Shown: positions 1 to 12,926 of the stretch, piece by piece | Layout of the letters: each line of letters begins with the position of its first letter | Position numbering within the stretch: position 1 is the stretch's first letter | Virus record (IMG/VR): IMGVR_UViG_3300038300_000071 | Location: 1 to 64,000 of that record | Length of the DNA stretch: 64,000 nt | Reading direction: 5' to 3' (one strand) | DNA from: a virus | Taxonomy: Duplodnaviria > Caudoviricetes | Notes under the pieces: generated by a model | What the model saw: only the letters and a program-made list of their open reading frames with translations | Databases searched by the model: none | What the model was told of the DNA's origin: nothing | Position numbers and translations under genes: made by a program

Positions 1-1
1 G

Positions 2-475
2 TCTGGAAAGATTGAATGTCATAGTATTTCCAAAGAAGAGGAAAGGAAAGACTTCGTAGGATTGCTTAATTTCAATGAAGTTAATTATGATCAGGACTGC
101 AAGGACTGGAAGAACTACTGGGGCTGGATGAAGGATAGGAATGAGCATAGATGGACTAAGCAGGAGTCTGGCGAACTTGACTATGATGTTAAAAATATGA
201 TGCACTGCATAAGATTGCTTTATTCTGCTCACAGCATCTTGACAACTGGGAAACCGAATGTATATGTAAATGACGTTCAAAGAGAACATCTCCTTAAAAT
301 AAGGAATGGGGATTTCTCTCATGAAGAGATCCTTAAAGAAGCTGAAGAGTTGGTTGTAAAGATCGACAAGGCAAAGAAGGATTTGGAAGATTCTGAAACT
401 CCTTTAGTTAGAAAGGAAGTCAACAGATCTAAATTGTTAGAACTATATAACGAATTACTGGAAGAGTTTTGCTAA
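2..475 (+). CDS. Nucleotidyltransferase, RlaP/YcgL-like (Pol-beta superfamily), C-terminal part; 5' truncated by the window
   Basis: Frame open from base 2; C-terminal motif YDVKNMMHCIRLL...REHLLKIRNG typical of phage predicted nucleotidyltransferases. Confidence 0.65.
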   Translation, partial: SGKIECHSISKEEERKDFVGLLNFNEVNYDQDCKDWKNYWGWMKDRNEHRWTKQESGELDYDVKNMMHCIRLLYSAHSILTTGKPNVYVNDVQREHLLKIRNGDFSHEEILKEAEELVVKIDKAKKDLEDSETPLVRKEVNRSKLLELYNELLEEFC

Positions 476-1891
476 TGGAAACAACACACTTATCATACAC
501 ACGCCCTACGGCTTTTCATGAACGTCCTAAGTTGACGAGACTGACTTCCGCTGATTTCTGTAAGGCTAAGTATTCCCATAAAGATCAACGCTGTTATACT
601 GCCAGATTGTTAGATCTATTTCTTAATGAGGAAAAGCCTTATGTAGCTGCTTATAAGGAATTTCGTTTGGCAACTATGGACTATTTATATGCTAATCACA
701 ATGATGATCATGCATCTACTGGAGAGGAACGAGCTCTATGCTTTAACACTGTCGCGGAAACTCTGGGATATAATCTAGATGATGAAGGAAAAATAAAATT
801 AGATTATTCTAAAATATCCATGAGCGATTTATGCGAAATAGCAGATGAACTTGATTCTAGAGAGTATCATCGATTTTCCGAAAGGGGTTCTGAGGATGAA
901 AACACAGCTCGTATGGAGCTTATTGAAATCATTGAAGCTTGTAGTGATTATCTTTGCGACCTGGAACTTACTCCAATAAAAGATGAATGGAAAAAGTAGA
1001 ATGCAAAATATATGGGACTATAAACATACCGAATACTTTATTGACGGTGCAATAGTTAAATGCCGGAGAATTCCAAACAAGCTATCATTCAAATCACACT
1101 ACATATATGATTTGACCAATAATAAAGAAATCAAACGGCATAAAAGAGAAAAGATGACCGTTAAAGAAATGAGACTAACCGGAATATCCTGTGAATTAAT
1201 AAGCAGGCCAACTATTGCTTATCATCTAGAGGCTACGAAATGAGACAAAATTGGTATTACATCCCGCATATTTGTGTAGTTGGAATACTTTCTTTTATGA
1301 TTCTTATTTTTGTATCTTGTTTGGTTCGTATATTTTAATATGAAAAATACATTCACACTACCGATATTGAAATTTAAGAAGGATAAATCCTTTAGCATTT
1401 TAAAAGGATTAGGATATAAGTTTCAAAGAATGTATGCTAGTAATTATATGTCTTGGTGGAAAACCCCAGATGATGAGGATTATGGAGATCAAATAATTGT
1501 ATGGAAGAAAAATAATCTTGTAGAACTAGCAGATGTTTTTTCCCTAAGTGGAATTTTGGCTTTATATCTGAGAGATGTTAATTATGATGAAGAAAAAGAC
1601 TTTCTTTCTCTAAAAGGATTTGAAGATAGCGATTCTTGGCTTAATGTAGTAATCAACATGAAAACATGTAAGATAGAAAAGTATGACTTTGACAAACATG
1701 ATTCATGTATGGTTTCCAGTGAAATGAGGCATGCTGGAGTTCCAAAAGAAGAAATAAAAGAGAAAATGAAAGAGTTTAACAAAACGTATCATAGAAAAGT
1801 ATTTAATGAAGATTATGTGAAGATGGTCAAAGATATGTGGAAAGATGATTTTGTCGAAATAATAAACGAGGAAAGGACAAGAAGAATATGA
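469..1891 (+). CDS. Three hypothetical proteins (469-999, 983-1243, about 1310-1891)
   Basis: Tightly packed plus-strand ORFs; no recognisable motif. Confidence 0.6.
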
Positions 1892-2430
1892 AAAAGATGA
1901 GCACACTTTTTAAGAAAGATTCAAGCAATAATGTTACAAATGTATTGGCTTCAGAGAATGCGTGGGCCTTAATGGAAGGAATTCCTACAAGGAAATTTGA
2001 TGGAACTAGCTGTGCCATTATAGATGGAGAGTTATATAAACGGTTTGATTTAAAGGAAGGAAGAACATTACCTCCAAATTCAGTTCCATGCCAAGAGGCA
2101 GACAAAGTCACTGGGCATCATCCTCACTGGACTAAGTGTGAAAGGGATGACAATAGTAACAAATGGCATTTCGTTGCATTCGATGTATTGGAGAACAAGG
2201 CTGATGGAACGTATGAGCTTTGTGGCGAGAAGATTCAAAGGAATCCTGAGAATATAGAAGGTCATAAGTTAATTCCTCATGGATCTGAAGTTTTAGACAT
2301 TGTTGATTTTTCATACGAAGGCTTGAGAGAGTATTTGACGGAGAATAATGTTGAAGGAATTGTTTTTCACAATAGAAATGATTCAAGAATGTGCAAAATC
2401 AGAAAGTGTGATTTTGGATTTAAAAGATAA
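1888..2430 (+). CDS. ATP-dependent RNA ligase-like protein (DUF5565 / C12orf29-RLIG1-like)
   Basis: KxDG adenylation motif (TRKFDGTSC), GHHPHW, TYELCG, EGIVF and C-terminal KIRK motifs. Confidence 0.7.
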   Translation: MKKMSTLFKKDSSNNVTNVLASENAWALMEGIPTRKFDGTSCAIIDGELYKRFDLKEGRTLPPNSVPCQEADKVTGHHPHWTKCERDDNSNKWHFVAFDVLENKADGTYELCGEKIQRNPENIEGHKLIPHGSEVLDIVDFSYEGLREYLTENNVEGIVFHNRNDSRMCKIRKCDFGFKR

Positions 2431-2448
2431 ATAAAAAGGAAAAAAGAA

Positions 2449-2667
2449 ATGTCATCAGAAGAAAAAATCAAGATTGAAGGAAAAGTCAAAGAGCTACTTT
2501 CAAATGGTTTATATAAGGTTGAAATTGGCGAAGATATGAATATTGTAGGCCATTTGTCTGGAAGGATGAGAATGAACAAAATTAAGATTCTTCAAGGAGA
2601 TAGTGTTTCTCTTGAGATGTCACCTTATGACATGACAAAGGGAAGAATTACTTTTAGGAAGAAGTAG
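2449..2667 (+). CDS. infA: Translation initiation factor IF-1
   Basis: 72 aa; IEGKVKELL, HLSGRMRMNKIKILQGDSV, SPYDMTKGRITFR. Confidence 0.97.
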   Translation: MSSEEKIKIEGKVKELLSNGLYKVEIGEDMNIVGHLSGRMRMNKIKILQGDSVSLEMSPYDMTKGRITFRKK

Positions 2668-4721
2668 TGAACATAACAGAAATATTTGAAATTCAAAAAG
2701 AACTGGAGGATAGCTTGAGCAATCGAATAAAAGATAGATTCCTTGAAGGCGTTATCGATGGATATGTTGATGTAGAATTATTAGACGACAGACTAAAGAG
2801 TGGATCTTTCACATCGGAGTTGTTTTTAAGAGTTTTTGAATTTGATTCGAATCTTGATCTTAGTGTTTTCATGCGTCTCCAAGAAATCTTTTGTATGGAA
2901 GTTGGAATAGATGAAATTGGTAAGTGGAATGAAAGCCATAAGGCGGAATTAATAAAAGAACCTAGGACGCTTACTAAAACATTGACAATGACAGGATTGA
3001 TAAAGGATGCTATTGTTTCATTCAATGTAGACCACTATTACAAGACAATTAATTTCTCTGTTCACTACAAGTATTCCAAGAGAGAAGAAGATGATAGATT
3101 GCTTATAGAAGCTGCACACAAGGCTTACTATCAACTATCTGTAGGAGATAGAGTAGTCCCAAAAGATGGTCGTCCGCTGAGATCTGGAGCGTCAGCTTAT
3201 GAGTATGCCATTGTGGAGAGTTTGAATCCTTTCGTTTTAGTAAGTGAGGGAAGTGATATGACATGGTTTACCCTTAAGGAAGAAAATTTCCAAGCATGGG
3301 TTCCTTTTTAAGATAGAAATAATATAAATTATAAATAAGAGAAATGACAATGGGTTATGCACACACTAATATGGTGTTATTTGGCGTTCAGTTAAATGAA
3401 TGGGAGTCGAAGTCGTTTGTATTTGAAATGGCGAAATTACTTAATGAAGAATCTGGAATGGATCAAGATGAGCTTGATGGAATTCGTGATGCGATTGGGG
3501 AAAACGATGTTAACTCCGTTTTAGAGTTAGTAAACGAGTCTGGTGTTTTCTATGACCACTTTCCTATAAAAAGTGTAGGGAAATACAAATGTGAAATGAG
3601 AAGTAACGATACTGACAGCCGTATTCACATTCAAGAAGGTTATGAAAGTGATGCAACTATTCATACAGTTGGAGTGTTCTGTGGAGCGAATGGATATGGA
3701 TGCGATGATGATATAACAAGTTTAATTAAGTCAGAGCCTACTACTGATTGCTTTAAATTATATGACAAACTTGAACCCATTTTAAAGGCGATAGGCGTAA
3801 CCCAAGCTCCAACAGTTCATCTAGTTGGTCAAGTACATTAATCAATAGGAGATAATAAATGATAAAGTTTATATGTAACGGCTGTGGAACTAAGGAGATT
3901 CCTGAGAATCTACACATTCCACCCGGAGAAAGTATTTGCGATTGCATTAATTCATGCGGTGGAGTCATGCAATTGGAACGACAGCCTTTAAAAGAAGGCA
4001 CAACTCCAATTACTAGTGATAAGGAAGATAAGGGAGCGCATTATAGATTCATGTTTAAAGGCGTTAAATTTGATCCTTATAGAATTTGCAAGATGTATGG
4101 AGTTGGAGGTGGCCCACGTGAGCATATGCTTAAAAAGATTTTACGTGGATCTGGAAAGGGACATACCGAGGATGATTTAATCAAAGAACTTCAGTGTTGC
4201 TTGGATCGTTGGAAGGAGATGATAAAAGAGGATAAAGATGCTTGAGTTTACAATAGATAACAATAAGATAATTCTTGAGGTGAATAAGAAAAAAGTTCTA
4301 AACACTCATTTACTTAAAATTAAAGACAATCTATCTTATTTCAACATGGCATACAATGGAAAATTAACTAAGATATTTATTGAGTTCTTGGATGACGGGA
4401 ATATACTTACTTATCCAAGAGGACTTAAAGCAAAGGCAGCTAAAGGAACATTAATTGGCGGAAAAAGTAAAGACTAGCAGATGCAGTAAGATAATTTATG
4501 ACTGGCAATCTAAATACGACATTTCTCAATTAGACATCCAAGAGACGTATAAACTTTCTGTAATTGAGATTAACGATATGTACAGAGAAGGTCTTGAAGA
4601 AAGTCCTTGGTCGGACGGTGAGTATGATTACATTTTAGGATTGATTGAAGATGAGGAATTCAAATCCGCTACTGGAACTGGTATTGGGGAAGGTTTTGTT
4701 CCTAAGTACTTGCGGACTTAA
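2667..4721 (+). CDS. Five hypothetical proteins (2667-3311, 3344-3841, 3859-4245, 4238-4477, 4455-4721)
   Basis: Overlapping start/stop codons and SD sites; 3859-4245 has an N-terminal Zn ribbon and DPYRI..Y...H.LKK.LR.G.KG motif; 4455-4721 has a YREG..SPWSDGEYD motif resembling LigA domain Ia. Confidence 0.6.
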
Positions 4722-4734
4722 ATATTATTAGTTA

Positions 4735-5454
4735 TTAATAATAGCCATTTCTCTCAATATCCCAGTCATTCTTGCTGCCGATATGTTTATTGCGACTTTG
4801 ATAAGGCGGAGCATTATTTGATTTTTTCCACCAGAAATGAAAATATTCTGCATGGCCATCTATAAATCCAACCCCATACCTTGGATCATTATTGCTATGC
4901 CATCTATTTACTTCATTCTCCCAATAGCGATTGTTGTAAACAGTTACAGGGAAGGTTGAAATCTTATAGTCTGGCCTATTAAAATGGGAAAGATATAACC
5001 CTGCATCTCCTCCATTTGGGCCAACATTTGTTACCTTTCCAATTCCACAGTGTTGTTGACTGGCATAAGTAACATTATAACTATTGCCAAATTTCTGCCA
5101 CACTGGTCTATCTTTAGACTGCATACTCTCGCCTTTATCAGAAGGGCAACGATTTACTTCCGCAGACATCTTTCCAAGATAAGGATATAAAGCTCTATCT
5201 TTTGTAGGAGTGTTATTCCACTTACCCGGCACTCCTGAATAATCAATATACCAAGGATGAACTGCCATAGCGTTGTTGTTTGAAGTTGCGTATTGAGCAA
5301 ATGCAGTTCCAATCTGTTTTTGGTTGCTCAAGCAGACGGCAATTCTTGCCTTTTCGCGGGCTTTGCTTAAGTTTGGAAGAAGGAGAGTTACTAATATGCC
5401 AATAATGGCAACAACAACAAGCAACTCGATTAAGGTGAAATAATTCGTTTTCAT
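4735..5454 (-). CDS. Prepilin-type N-terminal cleavage/methylation protein with C-terminal H-Xn-DGH motif (PVC type II secretion/pilin-like family)
   Basis: [49 protein letters not shown]...GFIDGHAE; SD AAGGAAG upstream on the minus strand. Confidence 0.9.
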   Translation of the reverse strand: MKTNYFTLIELLVVVAIIGILVTLLLPNLSKAREKARIAVCLSNQKQIGTAFAQYATSNNNAMAVHPWYIDYSGVPGKWNNTPTKDRALYPYLGKMSAEVNRCPSDKGESMQSKDRPVWQKFGNSYNVTYASQQHCGIGKVTNVGPNGGDAGLYLSHFNRPDYKISTFPVTVYNNRYWENEVNRWHSNNDPRYGVGFIDGHAEYFHFWWKKSNNAPPYQSRNKHIGSKNDWDIERNGYY

Positions 5455-5579
5455 AAGTGCTTCCTTGGTAATGAGATAATGTTATAAAAATCAACTAACT
5501 ATATATATATTATTATATATAAAAAATAAATTCAACCAGAGGTTTTTAAAAATAAATCCTTTATTTCCTTAAATATGGA

Positions 5580-5607
5580 TTGACATTGCTTTGTTTTATG
5601 CTAGATT
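5580..5607 (+). promoter_or_regulatory. Sigma70-type promoter
   Basis: TTGACA, 16-nt spacer ending TGC, then TAGATT (extended -10), upstream of ORF 5637. Confidence 0.55.
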
Positions 5608-5636
5608 GAATGACTTAATAAAACAAAGGATTTAGC

Positions 5637-6305
5637 ATGAAAAATAAATTTACTCTTATAGAACTTTTAGTAGTTGTTGCAATAATGGGCATTCTCATGT
5701 CAATGTTGCTGCCTGAGCTTTCTAAAGCTCGGATGGCATCTTACAATACAGTTTGCATAAACAACTTAGGCCAGACTGCCAAAATTCATCATATGTTTGC
5801 TGATGACAATAAAGAAAGGCCTGTAGGGATAACCACTGGCTACAATTTTTACTTTGTGGGGGATAATTTTGGAGAAGACAGAGCATCACACAGGAAAAAT
5901 AGGCCTCTAACTCCTTATTACAAAGACAACTACACGGCTGGAGATGAGATAAATGCATTACGCTGTCCAACTGAGTCTGTAATCTATGATCAGTATGGAA
6001 CATCGTATTCAACCAATATGGGATACTTCAATGGGCATTGGGGAAACAACACTAACGATTTCAGCCCTACTCTTTCTTTAAGTTCTGCTAAAAATCCGTC
6101 AAGAATGGTGTTAGTTGAAGAGCTGCAGGCTTACTGGAGAATATCTGGAAGAGTTGAAACTCAGAATAAATACAAATCACACTTTTATAAAAAAGACAGA
6201 GTTAATTTAGCTTTCACAGATGGTCATGTTGACTCTCAAGTGCAAGTTGGATATGGATCTAAGAATACAGAAGAATATACTTTTGATAATGAATATGGAA
6301 TGTAG
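5637..6305 (+). CDS. Prepilin-type N-terminal cleavage/methylation protein with H-Xn-DGH motif
   Basis: [32 protein letters not shown]...CINNLGQ, CPT, H...NLAFTDGHV. Confidence 0.9.
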   Translation: MKNKFTLIELLVVVAIMGILMSMLLPELSKARMASYNTVCINNLGQTAKIHHMFADDNKERPVGITTGYNFYFVGDNFGEDRASHRKNRPLTPYYKDNYTAGDEINALRCPTESVIYDQYGTSYSTNMGYFNGHWGNNTNDFSPTLSLSSAKNPSRMVLVEELQAYWRISGRVETQNKYKSHFYKKDRVNLAFTDGHVDSQVQVGYGSKNTEEYTFDNEYGM

Positions 6306-6308
6306 AAA

Positions 6309-9300
6309 ATGAGCGAAACAGTTTTATACGGAATAGACAAAGATTGGGATTTAATTGAATTGGGCGAATATCGAAACTCGCACTTGGGAGCTAGGACTAT
6401 TTGGGATTCGCTGTCAAGACATATCGGATGGAATGGAATAGCATTTGGATCATCCGAGGAAGAGATGAAAAAGTTTTGGTCATTATGGAAGCTTCCTACT
6501 GTTCCTACTTTTGAAAAAATAGTTATGCTTTCAACTTTTGACAATGTATGGGTGAAAAAGAAAAACATAAACAAGCTTGTCAATGCTTTTAAAGAGTATA
6601 TAAATACTCTGACTGATGTGAGTACACATTTGCCTAAATATATAGAAGACATACAGGCTGCAAGCGATCTAAATGGATTGTGTTGGTATATATCAAGCAT
6701 TGGCGAAGATCCTTGGTTTGAATGGAATGAAGAAGATGATCAAGTTGGATATGACTTCAAATCTGGAGATAAGCATTGGGAACTATTTGAATATTTGAAT
6801 GAGTTTAAATTTGAGGAAGTGACATGAATAGGGTAATGATAAGATGATGAGTGATTTATTTATAAAGAGTAAAATGGAAGTTGGAAATCTTTTCGTTTAT
6901 TCGAAGGAGGAAATTGAATTATGAGTTTGTCAGATAAAGTAGAAGATTTTTTTAAGAATGTTACAGAAGAAGAGCTTGACAGAATGGTTCAAGAAATCAA
7001 TGATATGAAATTGCCTGAATACCACTCTGAAGGAATGGGATGTGGAATCGAAGACAACTCCATAACAGATAGATACGAAGCATGCAAGTATGGCTATGAG
7101 AGCGCTGTTGAGGATTGCAGCAATGATATCATATCTTCACTGAAGGATGATCTGATAGCCAAACACGAAGAAATTTATAAATTAAAAGAAAGTCTAGCGT
7201 TCTACAGAAAGTTGTCTGATGACTTTGATGGGACAGTAAGATATATGATGGTAGTTGCACCTCAGCTTCAAGAACTTCTAGACAGACGTATTGAAAGACT
7301 AAAGGAGAAAAAGGATGAGTAATCACGAAACGGAAAATTACAGAGTAGTATTACTACGAACTCAAGGTTTTGATGATTTGATATTCATACAAAAGCGTGT
7401 ATTTTGGTTTATCTGGCGCGATGTCTGTCAGATTAAAGGTGAAAACAAGACGTGGGATGAGCAACTAGACAAAGCTCATACAGAATTGCTAAATTATATA
7501 GAATACGAGGTTTAAGATGGCACACAAATTAAGATGTCCTAACTACGAAGATGGTTTGCTTGAAATACTTGAATATGTGAAGGGAGCAGCAGAAATAACA
7601 AAGGATGCTTTTGAAAATGAATAATGATTCCTTCTTAGATGGACTTTTAAAAAACGTAGGCATGGCATCTGGAACTCTTGCAGTGGGGGTTTTAGGAAAT
7701 GATGCTGGGACTAATTTCGTTGAAGGATTCTTTAAAGTTGAATCTAAAGAAGATCTTCCAAATATGTTTACTTTGGGATTAAGGGCTAGATTCAACTTGC
7801 ATAGAAATATGAGAATATTCTACTTTAAAACTGATGAATTTAAAAAACTTCATAAAAGGTTTATGAATGGCAATGAGGATTTCGCAGACTGGGTGGTTGA
7901 TACTAAAAGCATCAAGAAAGAAGAAATTGATGCAATATAAGGCTCCTTCTCCTTAACATCATCTATTGCAATGATAATGTATATAAATTAATTGAAACAA
8001 GAATGGAATAAGCGAGTGAATAAACTTAAAGATGTTTTACCTTATGAATTTTTTGATGAATACATGGACACGCCAGCCGCAAAACTCTTAGAACAAAAAG
8101 TCATTAAAGAATATGACGGATGTATAAAAAAATGGATTGGAAATCATAAATATGTTTTCGTCTGGTGGACTCTGGAAAATGGAAAGGCTGTAGGTTGGAA
8201 TGAAAACCCAGCAATTGGTTGGAGCTTTCCAGTAATTAACATTAAAAAAAAAATGAGCGCACATGTTAAATAAATTAAAAGACCTATTTGGGAAAAAGAC
8301 TCCCAAAAGGGATCTTCTTTGTTGTGGAAGATGTAATCATACATGGGATACTGGGCTTCACACTAAAATATTTAAGAATAAAGAAGGTTATGTTGACTTG
8401 GTTATTGACTGCCCTAGTTGTCATCCACGAGTAATGAAGGGGATTGTAGTTGAAAACATCAATGAGAGACTTGAAAAACTGAATAAAGGGGATAAGATAA
8501 AAGCATTAATTAGGCATTCAAACCCCGAAATGGGATTGCCCGATTCATATGTATTTTTGACAAACAATGATCGTGGGTTTTGCTTTGATGATAATTCAGA
8601 GCTTAACTACAATTGGAATATTATTAATTTTGAACTAATAAAGGAGAGTTAAGATGGGAGTAGATTACAGCGCATTACTTTTTTACGGAGAGATGGTCTC
8701 TCAATTGGATGGTATTGAGATTGACGAAATTACAGAATCAGAAGATTGGATAGATAGTAAATTTGAGGATTGGGAAGTTGATTTTACCGATTCATATAAC
8801 GGCCCATGCAAACGTACAACTGTGATTGGAATTAATTGCAAATACAAAAGTTTAGAAGAAATTAATGAAATTCATAATAAGTTTTATACTTTGTTCAAGC
8901 AAAGGTTTGGAGTTGAACCAAGATTGATATTAGAAGGAGTTGTTTCGTGAAGATAGATGTTTTACAGAAGAAGTTGGATGAAATGAAATCTCTATATGGA
9001 AACATTGAAGTTACAATGGTAGGAACTTTAAATCATCCAGACAACAAAGATCCACGTTCAAATACTTTTGAGTCAACCGTTGAATCGTTGTTTTACAAGA
9101 ATGATGAATTTGCAAAAGAGAAAAACTGCAAAAGAGTACTTGTTGCTTGGCAAACATAAGGAGATGCAATGAGTGATATTTATAGACATAAGATAAGTAG
9201 GATGGTTTCAGATACAGGTCATCGTATTAATTCTTGGGAAATGAATGTTGAAGATATTCAAAGCATTCTCACCAAGTGCAAGAAGCTTGAATCTTTAGTC

Positions 9301-10677
9301 GAAGAATCATTTGTTGAGGCGTCTCAAGGAAGTGGAATCTGGAATGACTCTTTGGTTAAAAGGAAGCTAGAGGAAATTAAACATGAGACACCCTAATTAC
9401 AGGAATTCTAAAGGAAAGCTAAGGCCTTGTCTTATATACGACGTACTTCAAGCTTACTCTCTTCAGGGTGATTGCGTTTACTCAGGCAAGGTTAAAATAA
9501 AACAAATAATATCCAACGATACGGTAGTTGCTGATCTATTGGAATACTCTGGAACCGTAATATCTGCAATATTTGATCCAAGAAATTGCAGAATTCAAAT
9601 TGGGTATACTCACGATCTCTACAAAGAATAAGGAAATTAAATGACTAATGAAGAAATAGAATCCGAAGCTTTTGAATGGTCTGTTGATTATAAACCTTGG
9701 CAAACCGATTTGGCTTACCAAGAATATGCAGCGCATGGATATGTTGTCGGATATCAACGTGCCGAGGGTGCATCGAAGAAGAAAGATGTAAAAATTAAGA
9801 ATCTTGCATACTTGATCAAACAATATGAAAAGAATGAAATTGAATATTTAAAGAGTATAAAAACCCCAAGAAGTGAAAGTAAGAAAGACAAAAAGATAAA
9901 AGAGCTTGAGGGCGAAGTAAGCAAACTTAAAGTAATACTCTCGTTTAGGAATAAAGTTGAAAGACTGCATGACATTCTAATAGATTTGTTGGAATGGGAT
10001 ACTTGCCCAGACGAATATAAAAAGCGTATAGCTGGAGTATTAGATTTAGAGCTTGAGGTTTTGGATATTAAAGAAGATGAAGATGATTCCAATGACTGGC
10101 TTGATGCTATTGATGTGGGTATAGAATTCTAATGAGTAAAAAAGATGATTTTATAAAAGAAGTTAAAAGACTTATCGAAGAATGGGATAAAGACTCAGAA
10201 TCAAATAGCACTAGATGTGTTATTGATATAAAGCATGAGATGAAAGAATTAGAAGAGTATTCCCAATTTACAGATTTGTATGAATTACCGAGCGAAACGA
10301 GATCTGAAAGAAAAATAGTGAATCGCAAGATTTTCTCTCTTTCTAATGAAGATCTTATATGTTTGCTTGAAGACGTTCTTGATAAAAACGTTAATATTGA
10401 TTTCTTAGTTACACTGGTGATGGCTGCCAATGGAAGTCTGGGCTCCGATAGTATTTATAGGAATAAGTTCTGCGAAGCGATAAAAGAGCGTGTATCTGAT
10501 GAACTAAAAGACTTGCCTCAAACCTTGGGAACATTCAGACTCATCCCACTCAAACCTATAGGCGATTTTATTATAGATTCAGAGTTTAAAGGCATTGCAC
10601 TTCCAGATGGGCAATACTATCATTATGCCGATGTATGCACTTTGCTAAGAAGAATGAAAGATGGCAAATTAAAATAA
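6309..10677 (+). CDS. Run of about 13 small hypothetical phage proteins
   Basis: Consecutive plus-strand ORFs with coupled starts/stops and GGAG-type SD sites; no family recognised. Confidence 0.6.
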
Positions 10678-10743
10678 ATCCACATTGCATTTAATCTAAT
10701 CACTGATAAAGTAACTCTATTAAATTTTAAATAGAGAAGAACA

Positions 10744-12210
10744 GTGGATAATAATACAGAAGAAAAGAATGCAGAGCTTTTATTAGGACAGTTTTTCAAA
10801 AACACAATCTTTGAAAACAAGATATTCTCAGTCGGTGGCTTTGTTAGAGATGAAATAATGGGACTGAAGTCTAAAGATCTAGATTTAGTTGTTAGCTCTG
10901 ATGGCGGTTCTGAGGAAGTTGTACATGCCCTCAAAAGTCAACTTACTAACTCTGTCACCAATCCTCACAATCTTGGCAATGGCTTTCCAATTTGGCAGAT
11001 AACTTTTACTGACAACGTTCATTTCAACAATACTGAATGGAAAGTAAAAGGAGCAATTTTAGAATTTGCCGACACTCAAAAGGAATCCTTTCCTGATCAA
11101 GAATCAAGACAACGTATAACATCTTTTGGAACATTGGAGGAAGATGTTCTTAGACGTGACTTCACTTGCAACATGCTTATGAGAAATATTACCAATGGTG
11201 AAATTTTAGATTTGGCAAATGGCATTGAAGATATCAAAAATGGAATATTGCGTTCACATCCAAAAGCCGACTTTGATAAAATACTATCAGATGATCCACT
11301 TAGAATGCTAAGGCTTGTTAGATTTCAAGCTAAATTTGGATGGGAGATAAGATGGTCTGATCTTGAAGTTGTAATACGAAACAGAGAAAGAATAAAGATT
11401 ATTTCTGCTGAGCGTATCAATGCGGAGCTTACTAAAATAATGGAAATGGGAAAACTTGATAAGGCTGTCTGGTTTATGAAAAGAACTGGATTGCTTGAAA
11501 TCATTTTTCCTGAAGTTCATGCAATGATTGGTGTATTTCATGATTTAAAACAGCCTTTCCATAAAGAGTGCAAAGGAGAAGTGTTTGGACATGTTATGAA
11601 AGTATTAAGCCACGCTAAACCTGGAGTCATTCCTCAAATGTCAGCATTGCTACATGATATAGGAAAACCTCCAACTAGAGCGGAAGATGAGAATGGAAGA
11701 ATTAGATTTTCAAAACATGAGCCTGTTGGTGCTGAAATGGCAGAAGTGGTTCTAAGAAGGATAAAGTTTGACACTTCAACTATCAAAAGGATTGTCAAGT
11801 TGGTTGAAATGCATACAGATCCTCACGCTTTTGGAAGAAATAACGTTGGCGTTGAACCTTCAATCAAAGCAGTTAGAAAGCTTATCAGAAAGGCTGGGGA
11901 TGCATTGGAAGATTTGTTAGATCTTGCAGAAGCAGATTGCTTGGGAAATGAGCCTCTTCGAAATAATGTTCCTGACTTAAGAATTCGAATTAAGGAAGTT
12001 TTGGAAATTTCACCTCCAATTATTGCCAAGCCTATTTTAAACGGACATGAAGTTATGTCTATTCTAAATATTAAAGGCGGACAGATCATAGGAGAAATAA
12101 GAAAAGCTCTTATTGACTTGGAAGATGATTTCGCAAATGATGAGAAAGAATTGACCAAAGAAATAGCTGAGGAGTTTGTAAGGAACTTTAAACAGGATGG
12201 TGAGGGATGA
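10744..12210 (+). CDS. cca: CCA tRNA nucleotidyltransferase with HD domain (class II NTase)
   Basis: VGGFVRD, KDLDL, EEDVLRRDFTCN, DDPLRMLRLVRF, SAERINAEL, LLHDIGKP. Confidence 0.9.
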   Translation: MDNNTEEKNAELLLGQFFKNTIFENKIFSVGGFVRDEIMGLKSKDLDLVVSSDGGSEEVVHALKSQLTNSVTNPHNLGNGFPIWQITFTDNVHFNNTEWKVKGAILEFADTQKESFPDQESRQRITSFGTLEEDVLRRDFTCNMLMRNITNGEILDLANGIEDIKNGILRSHPKADFDKILSDDPLRMLRLVRFQAKFGWEIRWSDLEVVIRNRERIKIISAERINAELTKIMEMGKLDKAVWFMKRTGLLEIIFPEVHAMIGVFHDLKQPFHKECKGEVFGHVMKVLSHAKPGVIPQMSALLHDIGKPPTRAEDENGRIRFSKHEPVGAEMAEVVLRRIKFDTSTIKRIVKLVEMHTDPHAFGRNNVGVEPSIKAVRKLIRKAGDALEDLLDLAEADCLGNEPLRNNVPDLRIRIKEVLEISPPIIAKPILNGHEVMSILNIKGGQIIGEIRKALIDLEDDFANDEKELTKEIAEEFVRNFKQDGEG

Positions 12211-12920
12211 AGCAGTTATCTAATGTGAAATTCATATATAATCAACATGGATGTGAGCAAGGGATTCCGTGGCCTACAATAGCAGATAGCGAAAATAATA
12301 AGTGCTGTGTTGATGATGGCTGGCAAATACTTGGCTGGTGTAAAAATCCTCCTATTGACGAATTTAAAAAAGGCTTTGGGTTGATGTTTGAGTGTCAAAA
12401 GTCAACCTGTGAAGCAGAGGCAGGTACTATTGTTTGGTATCATTACACTGCAGACGAATTGAGCGAGTTTAATATCAATGTTAAGGAAGGTGAGAAGAAA
12501 ATGATTAAAAGACAAATAACGCTACCAACAGAAGATTTAGATTTATTTCTTCTTTTGATGAATAAAAATAGAAACAACCTTTGCGAAGAGAACATGGAGG
12601 AGTTGGATTTGAATGGCGGAGTTAAGACAGACGCTATTGGAAAGAGAAAAAGTTTAGTTAAAGAAATTGACAGAATCTACAGTCATATTCTCATGACGTT
12701 TAAAGTAATAGAGATAAGTCAAAGAGAAATAACATTGCCAATGGATGATTTAAACTTAATCCTTGACACAGTGAATGAAAAGAGAGAAAGTCTTTGCAGA
12801 GAGAACATTAAGGAAATGGTTTCAAATGGAGGAGTTCATTCAATCTCTACGAGGGATAGAGACGAATTGGTTGACGATATCGACAGAATATGCAAACATA
12901 TCCTCATGACATACGTTTAA
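12207..12920 (+). CDS. Hypothetical protein; C-terminal half is a tandem duplication of about 65 aa
   Basis: ITLP..DL....N..R..LC.EN..E...NGGV...IDRI..HILMT occurs twice; possible internal start at 12501. Confidence 0.6.
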   Translation: MKQLSNVKFIYNQHGCEQGIPWPTIADSENNKCCVDDGWQILGWCKNPPIDEFKKGFGLMFECQKSTCEAEAGTIVWYHYTADELSEFNINVKEGEKKMIKRQITLPTEDLDLFLLLMNKNRNNLCEENMEELDLNGGVKTDAIGKRKSLVKEIDRIYSHILMTFKVIEISQREITLPMDDLNLILDTVNEKRESLCRENIKEMVSNGGVHSISTRDRDELVDDIDRICKHILMTYV

Positions 12921-12926
12921 GATGGT

